Below are positions 21,073 through 33,600 of a stretch of DNA of 64,000 nt, piece after piece. Position numbers and translations under genes: made by a program. This stretch comes from Schizochytrium sp. TIO01. Lineage: Eukaryota > Protista > Bigyra: Labyrinthulomycetes. Each line of letters starts with the position of its first letter. Position 1 is the first letter of the stretch. The notes below the pieces were generated by a model. It was not told the DNA's origin and did no database searches. It saw only the letters and a program-made list of their open reading frames with translations. The stretch covers positions 5,562,761 through 5,626,760 of the forward strand of contig SMSO01000031.1 of assembly GCA_004764695.1 (NCBI GenBank), in the 5' to 3' direction.

Positions 21073-22641
21073 TTAATTTACGGGAGCGTCCGAGGCACAC
21101 ATATGGTTTGCGAGAAGATCAGCTTCGACCTCTAGCGCTTGAGATCGCCAGGTGTCAGAGAAGAGGTCGCAGAGCTCTTGTGAGCTGATGCGATAGACAT
21201 TCTTAGCTTGAATGACAGTTGAGACACGCTCAATAGCATCCTCAACCAGGGCAGCGATCTTATTATAGTTTTTCCAATCCACAAAGAAGATTGGGCGATC
21301 CTCGGGGACTCCAAGTGAGACTAGAGCATCTTGCATTTCTCCTTCCGCAGCACTATTAATTTTAGACAATACAGAGGTTACGTCACGGCCAGAGAGAAAC
21401 GAACGTTCCTGACGGTATGCGATGATTAAATCAAAATCAGTGCCATGATAAGTATTTGGGTTACCTCCGTCTCGATAATAATTGTGAAACATTGTTCGCA
21501 AGAACCTAGCCTCTCTAGACTCAGGCCAGGAGTCTGCACGCCAAGAATTATCCATCACGAAAATCAGCGCATGTGAAACCATGGCTGCGTAGAAGAAAAA
21601 CTCTGCGTAGTGAGGGTTCAAAACGCGCTCATTAACGATCTTGGTGCACCGGTGTCGTTTGAGGGTATCACCTTCAATGAAGTACTCATTTGCAGCCAAA
21701 TTCATGTCATCCTGCGCAAAAGACTTTCGAATATTCTCGACAACGTATGGCCCAGTGTCGTGTGAACTGTAGGCGAAAAGAACTTGAGTGTTGGCAACCA
21801 GCGAATGTACCTCTGCAGGTGAAAGACCTCCGTCTGCTTCTTGAGGTAGAACGAACTTTGATTTTGTAAAGTTGCGCTCATGCTCATCCATGCGCACCAA
21901 AGCTGCCTTCTTCTTTGCGTGGATTGCCAGTCGCTTCGCCAGAAGCACTGTCTTAAACTGTGGGTTGATTTGGACATGGGTAATCTTGTTAATTTTTTCA
22001 AATGAGCCCTTCGATACCTCGCGCAGCTGTGTGTGTAATTCTATAAGGTGGGCAAGGCTCACGTTGAGCTTTGATTCGCATTCTGCGATGGCCTCGTCCT
22101 CTGTTCGAAGTGACTCCGCATGAATATTGCAGGTTCTGAATTCGGCCTTTTCTAAGCCTACCATTTTGGCACATTCCGCGAGCCGAGCCCATTCTCGGGA
22201 CTCGTGTTGCAGTTTAACTCGTTTTCTGGCCACGGCTACTCGAAGAGGAGCACAGTCATTGACGACACTCTTCACATATGTTTTCATGAACCGTTCAAGC
22301 TCCTTAGGTACCTCCATTCTGTACGTCGGCGTCATTTCACCAAGCGCAAAATCTTGGCTCAGCTTTAAACGAACCTCTCGTACCTGTTGTGCACATTCCC
22401 GAGACTGTGCCAGCAAGTATGCTACGCGTGATTTGCGGCCAACAGGCAGTCCAGTGCTCGACCCCCCTGCATCTGGTCCCCCGCGATTCTTCTTTTTCTT
22501 TTGCCCAGAGCTCGCCACCGGCACCGGCACCAGCACCTGCGACTCGGCTTCCTCCTCAGCGTGCACCGGTCCGTCCTGTTGTGATACCTTGTATCGTGAG
22601 CTCCTCCGAGACGGTACCAGACACTTGAATAAAGACGCCAT
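21073..22641 (-). CDS. Hypothetical 522-aa protein: N-terminal coiled coil plus C-terminal divergent TIR-like domain
   Basis: Long ORF; likely ATG at 22641 (MASLFKC). The C-terminal half has a TIR-like pattern: VLFAYSSHD (betaA), YAEFFFYAAMVSHALIFVMD (alphaB-betaC), SWRADSWPESREA (alphaC, with Glu), FDLIIAY, PIFFVDW. The gene is well supported; the domain call is by eye. Confidence 0.8.
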   Translation of the reverse strand: MASLFKCLVPSRRSSRYKVSQQDGPVHAEEEAESQVLVPVPVASSGQKKKKNRGGPDAGGSSTGLPVGRKSRVAYLLAQSRECAQQVREVRLKLSQDFALGEMTPTYRMEVPKELERFMKTYVKSVVNDCAPLRVAVARKRVKLQHESREWARLAECAKMVGLEKAEFRTCNIHAESLRTEDEAIAECESKLNVSLAHLIELHTQLREVSKGSFEKINKITHVQINPQFKTVLLAKRLAIHAKKKAALVRMDEHERNFTKSKFVLPQEADGGLSPAEVHSLVANTQVLFAYSSHDTGPYVVENIRKSFAQDDMNLAANEYFIEGDTLKRHRCTKIVNERVLNPHYAEFFFYAAMVSHALIFVMDNSWRADSWPESREARFLRTMFHNYYRDGGNPNTYHGTDFDLIIAYRQERSFLSGRDVTSVLSKINSAAEGEMQDALVSLGVPEDRPIFFVDWKNYNKIAALVEDAIERVSTVIQAKNVYRISSQELCDLFSDTWRSQALEVEADLLANHMCASDAPVN

Positions 22642-24584
22642 GGCGGCGCTTCTTTTGTAGTTTGCCGCGCCTCGTGCTCCGTGAATTTGACTCGACCAAT
22701 TCATATGCAATCCGTGTATTCATTAAAATAATTTTTTCCTTTTCAACATGAAAACTTTTCAATTTATTATTTTCGATTTACGTGTACATTACATATTTAT
22801 TAATACTTTTACTAGTCATTTTTTAAAATAAATAATTAAATAAAGTGTATTTTAAGAATTGGAAATATAGATAGGTAGTGCTACTCCTCTCTTACGTTAA
22901 AAGTCAGACAAGGTCAGATGTAGCATAAATATATAATTTTATATTAAGAAACGTTTTTATATTATGAACAGCAGCCATGAAGAAAACCTTTATAAAAAAG
23001 AGGGAGAATAGGCCCGAAACAACAAGTTAACTACGGAGAGAAAATACACAAATAAATACACAAGCAACTTAAAACTCAAGCAAAGCTCTGTATCAGCGGG
23101 CATGCGGCAATGGGAGCAAGAGACTTTATCAATGGGCCAGCTTGAGGACAATGAAAATCCAATCTAGGGAAAGCTTCGTTGTCCCTGGCCTGGGGTCACC
23201 GCAGAGTTTTGAGGTCATCATCCCAAGATGTAAAAGGGTCACGTGAGGATGACCACAGTAAGGACATTAACGCGCAAATAAGTCTTTGAAACTATGCTAA
23301 ATTGTAAAATTAAAAAAAGAATCGAAAAAAGAGAAGAGCACGTGAATATAAAAGTGAGTGAATGTGAACCCAGGCGAAGGAGGAGGAGGTATCATGAAAG
23401 TGCTCTTCTGCAATGCTAGCTCGCTGGAGCTGGAACGCACCCTCCTAAGAGACTGAATTAGATCACCTTGGGGCTTTAAGCCCTATGTAGCCTTCAGTTC
23501 TAGCTCAAGTTGGTGATGACTACGAACCCTTTTCAGATTTGTCCGCTTGTTTGGCATTGCTTCGATAATTCTATAAAACCAAAAACTAAACTTTTGCTGC
23601 TCAGCTCAGACTCTGATTAGAAGCATCCTAGAATTTATTTTCTTCATTGCATGATTCACTGACACTCAGTCTGGTGTTTTACACAGTTTGCAATATTAGT
23701 TTTCGAAGTAGCAGCAAACATTGACTCCTGCACTTTGTACTAGAACCTACCTTTGGCTTTCTAATGGCAAATACACCTCTTCAAATGAATTTGTGTACAA
23801 ATGAATGTTGTGTATTAACCTTCTTAGAGACATCATGAGCTTATATCGAGCTCCGCCATGACCGCTTTGGAGCCTCTCGCGAAGACTTTTCTTGCCAAAC
23901 AAGGGGCTTAAACCGTACGATGAGGAACACTGTGCTCGCGAATGATACAGGAACACGTGCTTCAAGTGCTTGTGCACCGCACTTTGGAAAGTGAAAACCT
24001 AATGCAATACTAACTCACCTTGATGGAGTCATTTTAAAATTATATTTTATTCTGTTTTATTTAAAAAATTTAAAATTTTAAAGTTAAAGTGTGATAATAA
24101 TTATGAACTCCTTAATTGCCTCCAGTATCATCATGCTCATGTTTATTCTTTTATTATACCCTGACGCAGTGACCGAGTTCTAGCACCTGGCGCCCCTCAC
24201 GACCGTTCACGCCTTTGCGCGAGCGAGCGAGGGCCTCCACTCCGGGCCAGTACCTAGTAGGTCCATTCTCTTTACAGTTCGACAGGTGAATTCTGTACAG
24301 GTTGATCTGAATAGCCCAGTAGAGACAGACAGACACACACGCGCACACAGAGACATGCACAATAGACAGACAAAAATGAAAAGGAAGCCCTTATCTTTTG
24401 CTATCCCACAGCTTTGTAACTTCTCCTCGCGTAACGAGTTTATGGTTTCGCAACCTAAATAGACGGGGGTTTGTATGGCGGCGGTCGGCACGTGCAGAAA
24501 TAAAAGAGAGCGGGAAAAAGTTCGGGGAAGCTGCGGGAGCTTCTAGGTAGTGTAATAAATATGAGGCCTCTCTTTTCGCACTTT

Positions 24585-24608
24585 GAAGAAGAAGAAGAAG
24601 AAGAAGAA
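24585..24608. repeat. (GAA)8 microsatellite
   Basis: Perfect trinucleotide run. Confidence 0.85.
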
Positions 24609-26597
24609 ACAAAATGAAAGGAGGAGAAGGCGTTTTAAAAGCTCTGCGATTGTTTTACGGGTTTTATTTTTACTTTATATTTAGTTTATTTAATTATTTT
24701 AAAAAAATAAATGAATTATACCTACCTTGGCACGTCGTCAAGTCAAATTGAAAACCCAAATCGAAATTGAAATCAACTAGTCTTAGAAATATAACAGAAG
24801 AGCAAAACTACTTCGAACTTTTGAAAAAGAGGCCGTACTGCTAGATCCTGGAAATGGCTGTTTCGAACAGAATAAAACTGAGGAACTTCCACCGTAGCTT
24901 GTCCTCATAGGTAAGTATTACTAGCACCGATATGGTTCTCTGCAGATCCGAGCCATACGCAATCATATGAGATCTTACGCCAGGATTTCCAGCTAGAGCT
25001 GAATGACATGATGCTCCACTTTTAAGTCACGCCTCCGTACAGATAAAAGATGCCACGAAACGAACCATCGCTAGGCGGCTGGACGACTCGACCTCAACTT
25101 GTTCATTCTTGCTCACCCAACCTTTCTCATGCGCGGCACTTGCCTATTTCGAATATTACTCGCTCGACTCAGCCATTACGTATTTAGAAAGTAAAGCAAC
25201 TCGCAGGTCTTGCACGTTTACGAGCACCTCGAGGAAGGAGAGGTGCTCAGAGCCGCCACCAACAAGCATTCACCAGCGCTTTGGTCGTGGAAGGGAACCA
25301 CAAAGTACCATTGCTGCCACCAGCGTGTGCACAGGTGCCAGCTTCAGCTTAGCTCCTCGTCGAGTTCAACTTGTTCGGAGCACCACCACCTATGTCCACT
25401 ACCTAGCAGCGCCTCCAGCGCCATGTCGTCTGCCACATTCGGCACGTGTCATCTGCCACATATAGGGCATTATAATTGCTGCATTTGGTCAATTCTTCGG
25501 CTCTGGCGATGTGTGCCATTTGCCACATTTGGCACGGCCACGTGCTGCTCAAAAGCCTTCCTGAAGACCTGGCTGAAGAACTTGCTAAAGAGCTTGAAGT
25601 CTGGAGAGTTTACAGGCGGTTTTTTTGCCAAAGAGCAGAGGCTGAGACATCGGAGATCTGTGGCAGGCGAGCGCGGGATCCGGACCGCATCTTAAAGCGA
25701 TTATGGATGGCGCCTATTTCGAGCGTGCGCCACGCATTTAAAAGGCTTTGATTGTTATGATTGGTATGTAGAAACCTTTTATTTTAGTTTAAAGAATTAA
25801 AAATGGAAGAATATAGTATACAAACTCTAAAAGCGAGGACACAATATGTGTCAATTGAACCTGATGAAGTGGGCCATGCTTACGGTTTGACTGCATCCAA
25901 AGTAATTCTTGCCATTGAGCTAAGAACATAGTGATAAACCGTCCACCGCGTTTTCTGCTAATCTCAGGCTTGTGATGTAGTGCCTCTGATCAGTCAAAAC
26001 TGAAAGAATAATTATATATTTAAAAGCAATATTATGCTAGTATACCAATAGCATCTTTAAGGGGAAAATTAAGATTTAAAAATTAGAAGAAGTTTTATGT
26101 TTATTTTTATTGATTAAAAAAATTAATATATTCTTTTTAAATGACCTTGGGTAGTCACAGTAGTATAGTAGTAGTAGTAATTATTTATATCATAGAACTT
26201 GAAAAAAAAAAGGCGGTCGAGAATACGGAGGCCACCCTGGACAAAGCATTGTCTCGGCCCTGGTCAGTCAGACCAGCACAGAGCTGGCTAACGGTAGACA
26301 CCCTACTACTATCATTGCTGACGCTATTTCCGAGTATCTGAGGCACACTGCTTGAAGCCTACGATCGTGCGACGACATGAAGAACAATACCTAGCTGGAG
26401 ATATGCAATGAAGATCGTACGTCGTTATTCTCAAGTTCGCCTTGATGTAGCAGGTTCTTAGTTATACATAGGTAGTAGACCTAATTTATGTGTTTTGATT
26501 TTTAAATTGAAAAAAAGTAGGAATAAAGGGAAAAGAAAAAAGGGACTGGAGTATGATGAATAGTTTGTTGTCCAAACAAGCAGAAGGTTGATTCCAC

Positions 26598-27248
26598 ATG
26601 GGATCTAAACACGAAGAACCAAACGTGAACTTTAATAAAAGAAATTGGGGACGGCGCTCAGTAGAGCTTGTTACACTAAGATACAAACGCATCAAACGAT
26701 CATCTCCTAGTCATCCTTATCATCATGATAGTAGTGCAGATTTCCGGGAATATCGTCACGTGAAACTTCGCCAAGAACTTGAAGTTGCATCCTACTAGCA
26801 AAGTTATTTAGGTGTGCGCTACATATTTGATATCTTGTGGTGAGTGCTAGATAGACTGACCCTGATCGATCAGTAGAATGACTGCTGCGTCCTGAGCATT
26901 AAAGGTACTTCGATCTCTCTGAGCAAATAATCATGTTCTAAGGAAGCTATTGTCCGTGCTGTTTTGCAAACCATGGCACCGCATCCTGATTCCCAAGCTT
27001 CACCGAAGCAATCTGAAGATCTCAAACAAGTATTAATGTTCACAAGTCAACGTCCACTTGCTAGAGTAGACTATAGACGCCGGGAATCTTATCTAAAGGA
27101 GCAAACTACAACTCATTCTGCGTTTTTATAACAGCTAGCATCACAGGAGTCCACCTATTATATTGAGACTGACATCACTGGTGCTGGGGTGTGTTTTTTA
27201 CTACCCAAGCCAATGCTAGCAATCAGCAGAATACCCAATGAGTGGTAA
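26598..27248 (+). mobile_element. Decayed Ty3/gypsy-like LTR-retrotransposon pol fragment (end of RT, connection, start of RNase H)
   Basis: One frame, interrupted by several stops, reads in the expected order: NVNFNKRNWGRRSVEL (cf. LKLNPEKCxFGxxEVEFLG), HVKLRQELEVASY*QSYL (cf. TVKELRSFLGLASYYRRFI), QSEDLKQVLM..PLARVDY (cf. AFEELKQAL..PVLxxPDF), YYIETDITGAGV (cf. FxLETDASGxGIG). No LTRs recognised. Confidence 0.5.
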
Positions 27249-27390
27249 TTTTGCGAAGCTATACATTGGTTTTATGTTTATAAAAGAAGATCTGCTACGT
27301 GGCTTTAAAGCTTCGTTTTATGTGCAAAGCTACAAATATGGTTGATGACTCTCGAATACGTTGAGGCACATGTACATGGTGCTAATGCAC

Positions 27391-27444
27391 TTGCAAGGTA
27401 GTACCTCTTTGTTTTAATTGCAAGGTAGTACCTCTTTGTTTTAA
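27391..27444. repeat. Perfect 27-bp tandem duplication
   Basis: TTGCAAGGTAGTACCTCTTTGTTTTAA at 27391-27417 and again at 27418-27444. Confidence 0.9.
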
Positions 27445-29136
27445 TGAGTAACTTGAAGTACTACTGATGTAGCAGTAGCGAGCTTCGTTACCCCAAGTAC
27501 CATCGATGGCAGTAGTATCCAATGGAAAGACTAAAGTACAGTTTAACATTCTGTCGCAGCATCAAAGAATGATCGTGTAATATGCAGTAGAGAAAAGCGC
27601 CTCAAGTACGTTATTTCTTTCGGGCGAGCGTAAGCCTATTGATAGAAGCACTAAGTTAGCACCATGGTATCCCAGAATAGCCGTGCGCGATGTTTTATTT
27701 CTTGCAGCAGGCGCACTGCCTTGGAATAGACATACAGCTGGTTTAGGCTGGACCTTAGACCTTACAATGATATTATTATTGGTTAGTGGTGCAGCGATCT
27801 GTAAACATCTTTAAGGCCTGTTGGCAGCAACAGCAGCGACAACAACGGCAACAAATTTTCAAAACTCGGAGATAGTTATGATTATTAGAATGACCCTTCG
27901 TAATTCTTTTTTATTTTATTTTAAAATCCGTTAGCGACATCTGCCTTTTAATTTTCTGATTATAACAAAAGCCTTCGTAGCAAACCTACTTCAATTCCAA
28001 TTGAAAGTTCAGATAAACTGCACAATATCCCAAAACCTCAAGTCTTCATGCACATTAGTCTAGCTTGAAGCTCGTCTTTCGTTTCCCTAGAGTTTTCCAC
28101 ATAGGAGAACACTGCATGAGGCGCCCCCGCTAACCCTCCTGTATACAAGTTCTTTCCAAAATCGAATCCCCACGGCTCACGAGCTTGGTAGTATTATAAC
28201 TAGGGAGATTGCAATTATCTTCTTCTCCGCCTCGATACACTTACTCTACCGTGATCATTACAATGACGCCTATGACGGCGACTGGTCACCTGGAAACTCC
28301 CAACTTCCCTGCCGGTGCAAAACCTTGTCGCTCTCGCCAAAAGACCTGGCCCGTGCCAGCCTTGACCTACGAATATCGCCCCAAGTCAGCTTACGCGAAT
28401 GCGTTTCGTCGATTTCTGCGAACAAATCCATCTCCCAGTTGTGATTGCCAGCACCAAACATGACAAACATGTATGGTACTCGAAGAGCTCCCTGCCAACT
28501 CAAAGACCACACGTCTCGTTTTCAACCTCCGAAGCCCCGCCAGTCTTCTCACTTTCATCCAGGCCAGCCCCGCTGTGCCTTGACCCAATACAGCATACCC
28601 AAGCTGTTCTGCATTCTACGCATCGCCCCATCCAAGTTCTTCAAGTCATCGTAGAGCGTGCATCAGTTCAGAAGCTCAAGATGTCCAAACGAACTTGGAT
28701 TTGAACTAACTCAGCGTTAAGACCTTTGAGTTGCTATATGAGCTTCTGTGTGGATAGCACTCCTAGTGCTCGCTTAACAAATTAGGTAGGACGGACGGTG
28801 AGTCCGATCCACGCAAAGGCGACGGATTCGATAGTTGAGAGAAGGATTTGGACCTTTAGGTCTTCAGGGACAGCATCAATAGCAATTGCAATCGTTGAAT
28901 TCTTGAACCATAGGCTCTACTACAACGGCAGGCGGGGAGAGCGGTTGCGAGCTTTGGCCTTTGGCAAAACCGCAACGTAGCTAGCTACCTGCTGCCAAAT
29001 CGTGGCAAGTAGAAAAGGCTTGGAACGATCGCTCGGTGTGAACGACTAGGACGGCTGGGACCAGGACACGTATTCACGAAGCTTGTTGTGCCAAAGCGGA
29101 CCTTCTGAAGGGTAGCTGGACTGCTGACAGAGCATC

Positions 29137-29976
29137 ATGGGTGGAATGCAAAAAGCGCAGCTTGGCTTTGCCGCAGTGATGGTGGCGGAAATGTCAATCT
29201 TCCTGTTCAAACCTGAGATCTTTATGGATATCGTCCCCGAACTAGCTGTCCCCCATGGCACCGGTTATAGAATGATCGCCTTGGCCACATTTGGCTTGAT
29301 GATCATGTATGTGGCTGCGGCCCTCGCAAACGATTACATGTTTGCTGCAGTCACGTGCGCCGGTCGTCTTGCCTCAGTCCCGTTTTGTCTGGCAATGATC
29401 TTTCTCTTCAAGGCACCGCATCAGATCTTACTCGGTGTAATTCCCGACGTACTCGGCGCAGTTGTGACAATCTATTTTGTCCAAAAGGAGTGGCCCTATG
29501 CACCAAAGCTCAACTTAGATGAAGAAGAGTCCAAGCCGGAGCTTTTGACACGACTTTTCTTAGCTTTGGCAGGTGGCTGTGATATCATGGAGGGCGCCCT
29601 CATGGTCGCTGACCCTATCAACTATAGCGAGAACCCAATTGTCGCTAATCCCTACTTGCTGAAGCGCCCTACTCTAATTGGCATGCGTAGCTACGGCTTC
29701 ACTCTGGCCATGCTTGGTGCCTATCAGCTCTCTGCTATGGCTGGAAGGTCTTCCACGAAGCTTTACATTGCCTGCGGCGTGTACCACATCCTCTTTGCCG
29801 TGACCTTCTATTTCCTCGGAACCATTGTGAATGACCCGCAGTTGAGTCACGAAATAAATCACCCGTTGTACCACGTACCTTTGGGTCTCCTTGTAGCAGG
29901 CCTTGCCGCGAACATTCCCAAGCCTTCGGGGGTCAATTCTGAAACTGTCAAGGAGGAATCCAAGAAGAACAAATAA
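29137..29976 (+). CDS. Uncharacterised polytopic membrane protein (279 aa, about 8 TM helices)
   Basis: Clean ORF with coding-like codon usage. Two blocks of about 4 hydrophobic helices separated by a charged linker (LNLDEEESKPE). Lys-rich C-terminus (SKKNK), possibly an ER-retrieval signal. Confidence 0.8.
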   Translation: MGGMQKAQLGFAAVMVAEMSIFLFKPEIFMDIVPELAVPHGTGYRMIALATFGLMIMYVAAALANDYMFAAVTCAGRLASVPFCLAMIFLFKAPHQILLGVIPDVLGAVVTIYFVQKEWPYAPKLNLDEEESKPELLTRLFLALAGGCDIMEGALMVADPINYSENPIVANPYLLKRPTLIGMRSYGFTLAMLGAYQLSAMAGRSSTKLYIACGVYHILFAVTFYFLGTIVNDPQLSHEINHPLYHVPLGLLVAGLAANIPKPSGVNSETVKEESKKNK

Positions 29977-30673
29977 GCTCAGTGGTACCATGATATACTT
30001 ATTAGGTGATAAAATTACCAGACGTTCCTTAATTTTTGAATGATTGCTGGTTGGACTGTGTGCTAGTTTATAAACAAAACCTATCAGATATTAGATTAAT
30101 AAAGGGAAAAGAATCATTATGAGTATGTTTCAAGATTAGCAAGCAAGGAAGCAAGCAAGGAAGCAAACAAAACAAAACATATTTATTGGTAAAAACAGAA
30201 AGCGTAGTTGTTCACGCAATTATTCAATCAAAAGGACTGACGGCGCATCACATCGATATGCATAGATATTTATTTTGATTTTGTCAAGATGATAACGCCG
30301 CGTGTAGTGCAGATAGAAACAGCAGTAGTCAGAAAACAAATAAAAGCAAATAAAAATAAGGCAAACAGGATGCCTATTTCCTTTTTCACCAGCTTTTAAA
30401 TATTCACTCTAGATGGAGTTTAAGATCCCGTTCGATCCCTATCCAAAGAGTGCCGATCAAAAGATTACCTTCGCGAAAGGGTATCCTGGGCAATAATATA
30501 AACATAATGATGAGTCTCCTCCTTGCATAATCACATAGATTGAGCAACTTCTATGAAAGTAGAAGTACTAACTGCATTCGTTACGAGTGTATATTACCCT
30601 CCTATTTAGTTTACCAACATCCCAAAGCAAAATAGTAATGAGAAGAGGTAGAAAGTGCCACCTTCACACCCGA

Positions 30674-33600
30674 TTACACGAGATAGTCAGGAGAACCAGA
30701 GTCTTGCATGATTACCTGCTCCCGAGGCTCTCCCCACCTTGCAGGCCGGAAATCTCTGCGCAGATAGAAGAGAACGTAGGCTGCAGTGGAACAAATGGCT
30801 GCGAGATTGCGCACGGGAAATACAGCATCATCATCAAATTCATGCCAGGTACCATCTGGTTCGTGCCGTGTGTAGCATGTGTAATGGCCAGATCCGATTC
30901 CTCCATAATGGTTCGTTACACAACAGAGATCATAGATTGCAGCTTCTTGGGACTCAGGGTCCAATGCGTATTGACGTAAATCAAGGCCTTCCAAAGGAAA
31001 ATTGATCTGAGTCTGCAGCTTCTCTGAAAAGTATCCATCCTCTTCCTGCGCAAAGCGTTTAAGGTGCAAGACTAATACAGGTGGAAAGGACCATATTTGC
31101 AAAGTTTTAGTAGCTTCAGTATGAACTTTGCAATTTGAGCAGTACCAGGAATCCTCCTCGCTTAGCTTCTCCGTACTGCACAAAAGCTCGAGGCAATCCT
31201 CGATGCGCATATCCTCTTCAGACTTCATGTGGCCACGCCCAAATTTTAATTCAAGATATGTATCCATGATTTGAAACAGTTGAATCAGGGGGCAAAAGAC
31301 GTCCCAGCGGTTCACAATCCTTGTGAATGAGGATTTACTGTAAAAGAATAGGTCATCTGAGCTCGGATCGAGTGTTTTGCCATTCTTGGGGTCACGAGGA
31401 TTAGGTTTCAATTCGTAATTACGAGCTGCATAGCGTACCTCAACTGCCTGGACCATATCTTCTCGAGTCAACTGGGGTGGTAATCGGCTTAGTTCCTCTG
31501 GAGGGTCTTCAAGTTTGCCCACACCATCCCGCATAAAATCATTGTACAAGTCTACGTAGAAGTCTATGACCATCCAGTATGCTTGAGATTCAGAGAGTTG
31601 GTAATCTACGACAAAGATACCAGGATCCAAACACCCAAAGGTTTTGGTAGTGTTACCAACTCGAACCTCCGTTGAGTTCATGACACGAAAACTGCGGGAG
31701 TTATTAAGAGAAAGTTTACGGTCAACAGGTTGAAGATGAGATTGCGGCGAGTTTAGATCCATAAGCGGAGCCATCTCAGGAGGTGCAAGACGCAAAACAA
31801 ATGTCATTGTTTCGGTCGATTGATAACCTTCGTACACAAATTTACCATAGAACATTGATCCATACTCGTCCACAGAAGCACGGATCTTGTAGACAGTTGA
31901 ACGTTTCAGGTAGCTCGGTTCGTCGAAACTGTAATACACCGCTTTCCATGGCCCAGCTTCAAGGTAAACCTCACCCATATTATGGACTAGAGGTTCGTCC
32001 TTTTTGCTGCTTGTTTGAGAGGCATTATCGCCTCCCTCAGAGCCCGTACCATCGAGACTGCTTCCTTCCTCTCCAGTCATTTCGTGCTCCTCTTCTACCG
32101 AGCGAAGCTCTGTCTCGCTGGCCGCTTTTGATTCTGCTTCATCGTCGTCAATTCCTGCAGTAGAATCACCTCGATGCTTAGAGTTCCGTTTCTTGAGATT
32201 GCTAAATAGTGCTTTGGAGACATTACGAGGAGAGAACCGGTTAAGAGATTTACGCATACCCTCTTTGAGTTTCTCCTTGTTGTCACTGGAACTACCCGAA
32301 CCATCACGTCGGCCGAGCTTCCGTCGATTGCCGCCAGCACGTGTTTCTTCTACAATTTCAGAAGGCACATATTCACCAACCATGAGTTTGGTTTCTTGCT
32401 CGAGAGCATTTTTAGATTTGGGAATAATGCGACTTACGTCAAAAAGAATGTAGACTCTGAAATATTCATTGTCTACAAGTTCTACATGAACAACCTCAGC
32501 ACGCATAATGAGTCTTGTTGTAGCAAAACTGTACGGCTCAAGATGACCAAGCCAAATTTGACCCTTTTGAAACGGCGAAGCGTACTTCCCCATAGCTAAT
32601 GCCTTTCGGCCAGACAAAGTACTAACATCGGGACCTTTAGAAACAATACTCACGCCGATTTGCTCACACGCAGAGTGTTTTCGTTGTGTTAGCTTGATGT
32701 GGTCGATTCCTGCCAGCATAGCCTGAGGTGACAACGGAGGTGGTGCAGGTGGAGGGCCAACTGGGGGAGCACGCCCTCCTTTTGGTGCTACCCCTTGTTG
32801 TGTACCCGTGACCGAAGAACTTCCAATGTATCCGAGGTAGTTTTCATCAATTAACATCTCCTCTTGTGTGAGATAGAGAGGCATACGCGCCCATTGGGTG
32901 TATTCGCCATGAAGCATATCCAGGTGCTTCATGGTATCTACATTCTCGAAGGCATAGACACTCGCCTGGTTTGATAGAGTTTCGATTTTCATAGTTTCAG
33001 CAATAACACGAATGATTTTATGTTCCAAAACCTCGCACAGTAGCAAGGACGTGACAGGAATGTTAGAATGGTGTGCAATAATGTTTCGTAGAAGCGTTAT
33101 GGGTCCGGACACAGGGCTCTCCACTCGATACACTTTTCGATCAAGAGGCGAGTGAGAGGGAATCACTGTAACCTCAATCATTCGGGACTTGAGAGGTCCA
33201 GCTTCGACTGGCAGGGGCAAGACCATGTAAGGATCAAAAGTGACGGACACATGAGAACATCCAGGACGAGGGCAGGACACTTTCGATAGCAACATACCAG
33301 TGCAAAGATCGGCAATCATTGAGTCGTTACGTTGCTTGTACACTGCGAGTGCATCTTCGGCGACCTCTTCGTCAGGCCTACCGTTTGCCTCAACAGGCTC
33401 GGTGTAAGGCTTCTGCCGAACACGGTTGACATCTTCGTGGAGATCATCCAAAAGATATGAGAGAAGCTCCTGTGCATCATGCTGCATAAAGCCTGCAAAA
33501 TCAGGGTGAACATCATCCAAGATGGCTTTAAAATCGCCTGGAGAGATAGCCCGTGGCAAACGTGCCGAAGTATCCCACAGTGATTTGATGAGGTCTGCAA

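Noticed and set aside
23746-24360. Possible small spliced minus-strand gene or upstream exons of the TIR-like gene (several GT donor-like sites)
   Set aside because: I could not assemble a consistent exon chain or a recognisable protein.
28270-28660. Minus-strand MQNSLGMLY and neighbouring text resembling a Sel1-like repeat pseudogene
   Set aside because: Only a single short motif amid multiple stops; too weak without a profile search.
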